Source of the DNA: an uncultured virus (IMG/VR IMGVR_UViG_3300018050_000923)
Lineage: Duplodnaviria; Heunggongvirae; Uroviricota; Caudoviricetes
Virus record (IMG/VR): IMGVR_UViG_3300018050_000923
Reading direction: 5' to 3' (one strand)
DNA: 64,000 nucleotides
Of the stretch, positions 37,405-47,400 are shown one piece after another; the stretch's first letter is position 1; the number at the start of each line of letters is the position of its first letter. The notes under the pieces were generated by a model, which had not been told where the DNA came from, made no database searches, and was given only the letters and a program-made list of their open reading frames with translations. The position numbers and the translations under genes are program-made.

Positions 37405-38091
37405 ATGCCTACAGAAATATATAAAAGTGCTGTTGTTGAGTTAATGGATGGAACAGAACTTTATATTACACCATTAAAAATAAAATTTTTAAAGTTATTT
37501 TTAGATGAATTTGAAAATGTTAAAATATCTAAAAATGATGATGAGGCAATAGATGCACTAGCAAAATGCACGGTAATTGCAATGAGACAATATTATCCAT
37601 TAATAAAAACACAAGAACAATTAGAAGATAATATTGATATGCCAACAATCTATAAGATATTAGATTTTGCTGCTGGGATTAAGATTAATGAAAAATCAGA
37701 AGAGCCAGTACAACAACAGGCTACAGATAGCGGTAAGAGTTGGGATGAATTAGATTTAGCAGAGTTAGAGTCAGAGGTATTCCTTCTCGGTATCTGGAAA
37801 GATTATGAAGAGTTAGAGTCATCTATGTCTATGCCAGAAATAATAGCAACATTAAAAATAAAAAGAGATTTAGATTATTCACAAAAAAAGTTTTTGGCAG
37901 CAATGCAGGGTGTAGATTTGGATAAGGCAAGTGGAAAGCAAGATGCCTGGCAAGAACTTAAGGCAAGGGTATTTAGTAAGGGTAAGGCAGCAAATGCAAA
38001 AGATGTATTGGCATTACAAGGTGCTAACGCACAAAAGGCTGGATTTGGAATCGGTATGGGCTTAGATTATGAGGACCTTACCAAAAAATAA
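37405..38091 (+). CDS. Tail assembly chaperone, long (GT-like) form
   Basis: Between tube and tape measure; N-terminal half paralogous to 38136..38462. Confidence 0.7.
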   Translation: MPTEIYKSAVVELMDGTELYITPLKIKFLKLFLDEFENVKISKNDDEAIDALAKCTVIAMRQYYPLIKTQEQLEDNIDMPTIYKILDFAAGIKINEKSEEPVQQQATDSGKSWDELDLAELESEVFLLGIWKDYEELESSMSMPEIIATLKIKRDLDYSQKKFLAAMQGVDLDKASGKQDAWQELKARVFSKGKAANAKDVLALQGANAQKAGFGIGMGLDYEDLTKK

Positions 38092-38101
38092 AAGGCCTTT
38101 G

Positions 38102-38110
38102 TGGTATAAT
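38102..38110 (+). promoter_or_regulatory. Extended -10 promoter
   Basis: TGGTATAAT. Confidence 0.6.
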
Positions 38111-38135
38111 TTATTCAATACCTTAAGGAGGAAAA

Positions 38136-38462
38136 ATGGCCGAAAAGCCTACAGATAATAAGCAAACAATCACGTTAGTTGACAATACAGAGATTCCAGT
38201 AAGACCTCTTAAACTATCTTTATTGAGACCTTTCATGGGGAAGTTTGGAGAACTTGCTGCAGTTGCAGATGATAACGATAAGTCTATGGATATTCTAATG
38301 GACTGTGTTCAAATTGCAATGAAACAATACAAGCCAGAATTGGCAGAAAACCGTGAACAATTAGAAGAACTTTTAGATCTTCCTACTGTCTATAAGATAG
38401 TTGACGCTGCTTCTGGATTCCAGAGTGCAGATGCATCAGTTGTTTCTGGTTTAGTAAAATAA
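38136..38462 (+). CDS. Tail assembly chaperone, short (G-like) form
   Basis: PLKL..AMKQY.P..EQLEE.LDLPTVYKI; AAGGAGG RBS. Confidence 0.7.
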   Translation: MAEKPTDNKQTITLVDNTEIPVRPLKLSLLRPFMGKFGELAAVADDNDKSMDILMDCVQIAMKQYKPELAENREQLEELLDLPTVYKIVDAASGFQSADASVVSGLVK

Positions 38463-38485
38463 ATAAATAAAGAGGTGCATAGGAA

Positions 38486-41400
38486 TTGGCAGATGTAAAT
38501 TCTAATATTAATATCAATTTTAATACTGCCGACGCTCTTGCACAATTACGTAGTTTACAGGCTGGCCTCAGTAAGTTTCATCAATCGCTTGCTGAGGGCA
38601 ACCTTGCTGCAGCAAATGCACAAAAAGGATTAAATGCTCAACTAGCACAGGCTATTGGAGCAACAGGAAAGTTTGCTGTAAGTCAAGCAAAAGTCGCATC
38701 AAGTACACTTGCATTTACAACTGCTTTAGAAAAAAACAAATTATCTTTAAAAGAATATTATAGATACAGCATGGCTGCAGCAACAGCCAATACAAAAGTT
38801 TTAGGCAAAGCATTTGCACAAGAACGTGAAATTATTAATCGTGCTCGTAGAGATAGAGTAAAGGCTCTTCAGTCACAATATATTCAAATGTCTAAAGCCC
38901 AAGGTGGCTTTATTGATGCAATGCGTATTATGCCAAAAACATTAGTAATGACTAATGGAAGATTTACAGAACTTGGTACACGTATTCAGTATGCTGCACA
39001 AAGACAACAATTTTTAAATCAATTATTAAAACAAGGCTCAACTCAACTTCTAAATTTTGGTAAGAACACCCAGTGGGCTGGTCGTCAGTTGATGGTAGGT
39101 TTAACAATACCACTATCTATGCTTGGCGGATATGCATCTAAAGCATTTAGAGAATTAGAGCAAGCAACACTAAAGTTTAGGCGTGTTTATGGAGATGCAT
39201 TTACCAATGATGCTGAGGTAGAGTCTGCAGTTGCTAATATAAGAAGACTTGCAGAAGAGTTTACAAAATATGGAGTTGCAGTTAAAGATACTGTTGATAT
39301 GGCAGCAACTGCTGCTGCAGCAGGTTTTCAAGGTAGAGCATTAGAAGAACAAGTAAAGACTGCTACCAAACTTGCAGTTTTGGGTCAAGTAGAACAACAG
39401 CAGGCTCTAGAAACTACAATATCATTACAAAATGCTTTTGGTCTTTCTACAGATCAACTAGCAGAAAAAATTAACTTCTTAAACGCAGTAGAAAACCAAA
39501 CTGTTCTTTCGATTGAAGATTTAACAATTGCAATTCCAAAGGCTGCTCCAGTTGTAAAACAACTTGGCGGTAGTGTTGAGGATCTTGCATTTTTCCTTAC
39601 TGCTATGAAAGAAGGTGGCATCAATGCATCTGAAGGTGCCAACGCACTAAAGTCTGGTCTTGCTTCATTGATTAATCCAACAGAAAAAGCAACCAAATTT
39701 CTTGCTGAAATGGGGATTAATCTAAAGGGTATTGTTGAAGCAAATAAAGGCGATGTTAAAGCAACAGTAGTTGGTTTTGCAAGAGCACTAGACACACTAG
39801 CACCTCTAGAAAGAGCAAGAGCAATTGAACAACTATTTGGAAAATTCCAGTTTGCTCGTTTGTCAACCTTATTCCAAAATGTATCTAAAGATGGAACTCA
39901 GGCGTCTAGAGCATTAGATTTGGCAGGATCAGCAATAGAAGAGTTAGCCGTATTATCTGAACGAGAAATGAAAAAGGTAGAGGATTCAGTAGGAACTAAA
40001 TTCCAGGCTGCTGTTGAGCAGTTTAAGCAAGATATCATGCCTTTAGGTAAGGCATTTCTTGAAGCAGTTACTCCTATTGTTAAGTTTTTTGGAGGACTTT
40101 TTGAAAAGTTCAACAACTTAAGCGATCAAACAAAAAAGGTAGTTGCTATTATCGTAGGTGTTGTTGCTGGTATTGGACCAGTACTACTTATGACATTTGG
40201 TTTATTGGCAAATGGATTAGCAAACTTAATTAAGTTATTTGCCACAATACGTGGTGGCATGGCAAAATTAAATGGCCAAACCAACGTTCTTGGTGCTGGT
40301 TTTGATTATGTTACACAACAACAACTAGAACAGCAGGCTGCAAGTCAAGCCTTACATAATACTCACACCAGACTAGTAGAAGTTTTCAATGTTGAAAGAA
40401 CAGCAGCAATGCAACTAGCATCAGCATATGGAATGCTTTCATCTCAAATGAAAAATATGGCTGCTCAAAATCCAGCATTATTTGCTGGTGGAATGCAGGG
40501 AGCAGCAGGATCAGTATCTAAACTACCTAAGGGTCCAATGAAATTTGCAGATGGAATTATAAGTGTGCCAGGTCCAAAAGGTGCTGGAGATGTTGTTCCA
40601 GCAATGGTTTCTCCAGGAGAAGCAATTATTCCAACTAAGACTTCCGAAAAGTATCGTGGATTAATTACAGCAATGTTCCAAGACAAGGTGCCAGGATTTG
40701 CTGGTGGAAGATTGCCTTGGGGAACATCTCATCCAGTAAGGCAGTCTGGCGCTGTAGATATCGGTATGCCTAAGAAAATAGCAGATGTAACACAGTCCAG
40801 AATGATAGCAGATCAAATTGATAAAGCAGTAAAGTCTTCTAGATTTGCTGAAACAAAACCAACAAACTTTGGAACACTAATGCAACCATTCTCTGGACGA
40901 AGTTTCCCAATACGTGGAGTAGGCGGGGTATATAGAAAGCCAGATGGAAGTTTAGTAGTAGTAAAGCCTACAATGGATGAGAAGACTGCTTTAGCAGAAG
41001 TCCGTGCTACAGAGATAGCAAGAGAAGCACATGGTTTGATTGCTCCAAAGCAAACAATTAAGACAATGATAGATCCAACAGATCCTTCTGGACAAAGAAA
41101 ACTAATTGTTTTAGAGTCTCCATATGATCCAAGAATTGCTGCAGGTGCTGGTAAGTTTAATAAAAAGGATATGATTTCTCAATTAGTGGCATCACTATTG
41201 AGAGCAGACAAAGATTTATCACAGTCAAATGTTTCTGGTAAAGTTTTAGCAGACGTAGGAAATGCTGGGGTTTTTGATAGAGCATCTGGATTTAGAGATT
41301 TTGCAAAAGCATTGCCTTCAATGGAAGAGCAGGCCATGATTAATTTGCTTGGTATTAAGGGTGGTGCTAAAAAATTCTTTGCACAAGAAACATCTGGTTT

Positions 41401-44400
41401 AGCAGCAAACATGACCCCTAAACAATACCATGATGCAATTATTAAAGAGATTGATAAAGTACTTCCAAAATTAAAAGAAACTATCGGAAAGTTTGATCTA
41501 AACCCTGCAGAAAAACTTGTTTACAATGATATGATTAAAAGATTAGAGGCTGGAAAAGCAGTAGACTGGTCAAAGTTTCAAGGCATCCACGCTAATGCTG
41601 GGCAATCAGTAAAGAAGTTGATAGAGGGACAGGGCGGAACCAATTATCAAGATGTTATTGAAAAGCAGGTAGGAAAATTTGCATTAGGAACATTTGATGA
41701 ACTTAAAAATGATCCATCATCTAGGACACAAATAGATACATTAGTAAAAAGATTAGCCAAGGATGCTGTTGATGAAATTGAAGTTCTTAAAAATACTAAT
41801 CCTAAACAACATGAATTAGTTACATCATTACTAACTAAAAAAGGCATTACGCCATCAAATATGACGCAGCATCAATTATTAAAATATATTGAAGATGAAA
41901 TGGTTTATAAAGATGGACGCTATTACGATAAAAAGTCTATAGAGTCTGGTGCAAATGTTGCTTCTGCTGGGAAAACATACAGTGAAGTTAGAGATAAGTT
42001 ATTATATAGATTAGGTGCAGTTGAAAGAGGCGGAGCATTTTCAGACCAAAGAAAGATGAATGTTTCTAAGTTAAGATTTGATATGAGTCCAACAGGAAAA
42101 CAAAGTGGTGGATGGAGACAGTCAATACCAAGAGACTCATTGCTATATAAAGTTTTAGACTCACAAGAAAAAGAATTTAAGGCAGCAAATGCTGCAACAG
42201 GTAAGTCTGATCCGCTAGGTGCTCTAAAGGAGTCAATGAAAGCACTTGGATATACAGACAAACAAATTGCTCAGGCACTAAGACCAGAACTTTCTCATAT
42301 TGCAAAAACTGGTGAATCTGGCAGAGGAACAGAAAAATGGCTTAAGGGCCAAGCATTATTTGATTTAAGATTATTAAATAACTACATGAATACTGGCAAA
42401 AGAACTGGAAGTATTCTTGATTGGAATGAAAAGAGTGGAAACCCTCTTAGACTTACTCCAGATCAAATTAAAGAATTTAGAAATTCTGCAACATATATGT
42501 CTGGACAAAATCATCCAACTACTGAGGCTCAAGTTAAACTAGTACGAGCAGCAACACAACTTGATATTATTGCAGAGGATTTCTTAAAGACTCAACCAAA
42601 GAAGCCAGCAGGTTTTCCAAGTTTAGGAGAAGTAAGACAATCAAGAGCAGTTGCTCAATTAATTGACAGCAGACTTGGCACTGAATATTATTCACAATGG
42701 AGACCACAATTTAATCTAGGAAGTGGAGCAACAAAGGGAACAAATGTTTTAGTAAATCCAAACAAAGAATATATGGTTGATACTGTAACAGGAAAAATAA
42801 CTAAACTAACAACTGCAAATACTTCTTCTAAACCATCAGGCGCAGTTGCAGATACTGGAAAAGCAACAGATAGAAGAGTTGCAACTGAAACAGCAACCAG
42901 AAGAGTGGCCACAGCGCCTCAGGCAAGAGCATTTGGAAGACAGTTTGCTATGGTTGGCAGAGATCAGGGAGACCCTAACTTAAGCAAGGCAGCACGTGGC
43001 CGTATAACTAAGGCCATACAAGATGAGCAAAGACTATTAAGATCAAAAAATAGATTTACAGAAAAAGAAATCAGAGACTCCTTAGAAAGACTAAGAAAGA
43101 GAAAAACTGCAGAAGAACTTGCCGCAGCATCTGCTAGAAAGAAAGCAGAGTTAGAAAGACAAGAAATAAAAAATAGACAAACTGCACAGTTAACTGAAAA
43201 GGAAAGAGCAAAGCAAGATAAAAGAGACATAAAGGCTAGACGTCAAGAAAAGGTTGGTCGTTTTTCTGGTGGAGCCTCAATGGCATTGGGTACTGCTGGT
43301 ATGGCAGCGATGATGGCTGGTAATACTGGTGCTGGTATGGGATTAATGGGTGCTTCTGCTGTTGCTGGTATGGCTCCAATGTTGGCAGGAATGGGGCCAG
43401 TGGGATGGATAAGCACAGCAGCGATTGCTGTTGGAGGAAGTTTATTTGCTCTTAATAAGAGTTTTGAAAATTCTGCAAAGAAACAGGCGGAATACGTAGA
43501 TTCTATTTCTTCAACAACAGCAAAGATGGATCAAATAGGACAAATAACAAACAAGGTTGGCGCATCTCGTGCAATGGAAGAAGTAAGAAAGAAAGGCGTA
43601 TTTGGTGCATACAATGATGTTGAACGTGCTGGAACTGGTTTTGGAGATACATTCTTAACATCTCAAGTTGGTAAGTCAATGGTAACTGGTTTTGTAGATC
43701 AAATGAAACAGTATGGGTCTAAGACTGCTGCTAAAGATTTTGCCTTGCAGTTATCTTCTTATGTTTCTGACGGAGTTTTAGATGCTTCTCAAGCAGCAAG
43801 TATTGCAGATCAAATTGGAATTCAATTAGGTAGTAGAAAATATACTGCTGAAATTATGGGAGATTTACGAGAAATAATTGGTCCAAATGGAGAAGATCTA
43901 TCAACTGATCCACTACAAGTTAGACTTGAAATAATTAAGGCAGCAGGAGAAAGATCTAATACTCTTCTAAAGAGTCTAGGTGCTGCCGAATCTAAAGGGT
44001 TGACTGGAAAAACAGAATCCGCTCAACTAGCAGCATTCGGTATAAACAATGTTCAGATAGCAAAAGCACAGGTAGATGCTACAGAGTGGCAATATAAAAA
44101 GCAAATTCAATTACTTCAAAAAGAATTAGAATCTACAACAAATGCAGAAAAGTTATTATCAATAAAAACAAAAATTGCTAATTTAGAAAGTAAGATGGCT
44201 TCAGATGTTAAGTTAGCAAATAAAGAAATAGTAAAGCAAATTGATAAAGAAACCAAGATATTTGAAACAAGAATTAGACAAAGCCAAGTTGGAATTTTTT
44301 CTGGTGCCAAAGAAGATGCTTATTTTGATGCATTAAAATCTAAAGTAAAAGATGCATTTAAGGGTACAGAGTTTGAAACAATGGCATCTGATACTTTATC

Positions 44401-47400
44401 TAGATTAGCAAAATTAAGCGACCTAACTGTAAACCCATTTGATGGTGGAAAAACAAAGGGTGGTTTTGAAAATGCACAAAAGGCTCAAAGTTTTGAAGTA
44501 CAGATGCAAATGCTTCTAGGTAATAAAATTATAAATCCAGAACAAATGAATACTTTTATGGCTATGTTTGAAGGCAGGTTGCCAGAATTAGGAACAACAT
44601 TAAAGGTAGGAATTGAAAAACAAGGTGCAGATGCCACTATAGAAATGTTAGAATATTTTTCAGGCTTTGAAAATCAAGGAAAAGCCGTAGAGATTTCTAC
44701 AAAGTTAATAAATGGTGATCCTAAAACCTTTAAAGAAGTTGGCGAAGCGATGGCTCAACTACGTGTGCTTGATGGTCACGAAGTTAATATGGAAGCATAC
44801 ATTACTACAGTTGGATATGATGGATTAGTTAAACTATCTAAAGATTTAGCAAAAATTGAAGCAATGCCAGACAAGTTAGATAAGCAATTAATTCTTGATT
44901 ACTTTACAACTGGAAATGGCGCTGGAATGAAGGGAATGACACAAGATAACCTAAAGGTGTTATTTGCTCAGTGGGCTGATTTTGATAAGTTACCAGATAA
45001 GGCTCAAAAAGAAGCGATTTCAAAGTTTACAACAATATATCAGACTATCTTTGCAGATGAAGCATCAAGAAAGAAATATGCAGAAGAACAAGCGGATGCT
45101 GCTGCAAGGGAGTCTGGCTTTAGGGGTAGAACTGCTGCAGCATATAAGAAGAAAAGATATGACGAGATTATGGCAGGAACTCTTTCCGAGGCTCAGGCAA
45201 GAGAGGCTGCTCGTGCAACAAAAACGTATATTGGTGAAAATGGAGAATTGATTACTAAGCCAGGAGGGGCAGTTGGAGATACCCCAGGTGCTGGTACTAA
45301 AGAAGATCCATACGAAGAGTTATTGAGAAGATTAAAGAATGTTCGTAATGCAGCGATTAATGCTGCTGGTGGAATAAAGGAATTAAATAAAGCGCTTTCG
45401 GATAAAGGATTAAAATCTGTTAAAGATAAATATCAGGGTATTGAGCAACAGTTAAATAAAATGGGATATAGTAGACAATACGCTGATTATCTAATGGGCC
45501 TATCTCAAAAAGATCAAGATAAATTGTTTAAAGTTACTTCTGAAAAAATTACAAAGGGTAAAAATAAAGGAAGATTTAAAGATCCATTTACTGGAAAGGC
45601 AATGCCAAAGGGTACAAAAGCAGGGGACCTTGTGCTTTCTGCAGAGGGTAAGTTAAGAGCACAAGCATTTGATGCAGCAATTATAGGAGAGTTTAATACT
45701 GCTGCAGGTAAAACATTAACAATTTTTAATGAACAAGAAACAGTTAGAAGAAAGTTAGCAGCATTAGGATATGATCAAACTGCTATTGAAAGAATTCTTT
45801 CAGACGAATATACAACCCAACTCATATATAATGGAAAGATTACAGATCAAGATCTAAAAACAAATGCTGCGCTCAACAATCAAGTTGTACTTAGAGAAAA
45901 AATAAACAATTTAATTTCTAGAGGATTAAAGGCTCAACAAGAAGCAGCAAACGTTAAGCAGATTCCTAAGGTATTAGAGTTTTTCCAAAAGATGTCTAAG
46001 GAAGGATTATCATTATCTTCTGGGGCAATGTTAGACATGATTGGAGATCCAGAATCTCTTGAGGCAGCAATTGCTGCTATGAATGATTATGAATCAAATG
46101 CGGAAGGCGCCAGAGATAGACTAAAAGAAATAGTAGACGGTTTAAACGCAATAAAGGCTAACTCAAATATTAAATTAATCATGGATTTTGTTTCAAAGAA
46201 TCCAGCAGAAAAAGCACAGGCTGGATTTGAAGCAGCAAAAAGAGTTATGGAAGTTAGACGCAATATATATTCTAATATGACTGTAGGGGAACTTCCAGGT
46301 ATCAGAACAGCAGACAGAAAAGCAAAAGATGGAACATTAATTTCTGGAAAGAATATTGGAAGTCAGGCTATTGCAAATGTTGCAGCAAGATACCAGGCTG
46401 CTGGGGTTGCAATTCCAACTATTACTCCAGGTGCAACATTAAAGGGTATCCAGACAAAGAGAGCAGACTTGGCTAAAACTATGCAAATAGGACAGCAAGC
46501 CCTGTCTTCACTGCAGGCATCATATAATGCAAAGCAGGATGCTTTAAATAATGCTCAGGATAATTTAGAAAAAGCCTTAGACGCTGCCAATGATAAGTAT
46601 GATAATTTAATAGATGCTCAAGAAAATATTATTAAGGGATTAGAAGAAAAGATTAAGATAGATTATGAAGATAAAATTACTGCTCTTAATAAAGAATCTG
46701 ATAAATTAAACAATGACTTAGCAATAATGGACCATGCTGCAGATAAAATAAATGAAAAGTATGACAAGCAAGTAGAAGCATTACAGAAGATTTCAGATAT
46801 TAATCAACAAATTGCAGAGTCTCAGTCTCAACAATTAGATTTAGCGGATGCATTATCACAAGGTGATATAGCAGCAGCAGCACGAGCAGCACAAGAGATG
46901 AGGGCCTCTAGTTCCGCAAATGCTTTAGATGCCTCTATGCAGAGTATAGAGAAAGCAAGAAAAACTGAAATCGATGCACTCCGTGGTTCAGAAACTGGAA
47001 TGACAAGACAGCAAATTGCTGAAAGACAATTCCAGATATCACAACAAATATATAAACTAGAAACTGATCCTAAGAGACTTGAGTTAGAAAAACAAATTGA
47101 GGCTGCAAAAACTGAAATTACTAGACTAGAAAAAGAACGAGAAGTAGCAATTAAAAATATTAATGCTGAACATGATGCAATGATTGCTAAACTTAAGAGT
47201 GAATTGGAAAATATTAATCAACAAGTTACAGCGCAGCAAAATATATTAACTTCGTTAGAAAAACAAGATGCTGAGTTAGCATCACAAGAAACATACATGC
47301 AGTCGATAGTTGATGAAGCAGTCGCTTTAGATGATAGCACTGGAATGACTTTAGAAAAGTGGGAAGAAACTGTAGACAAGTTAATCGATATCGAGCAGTT

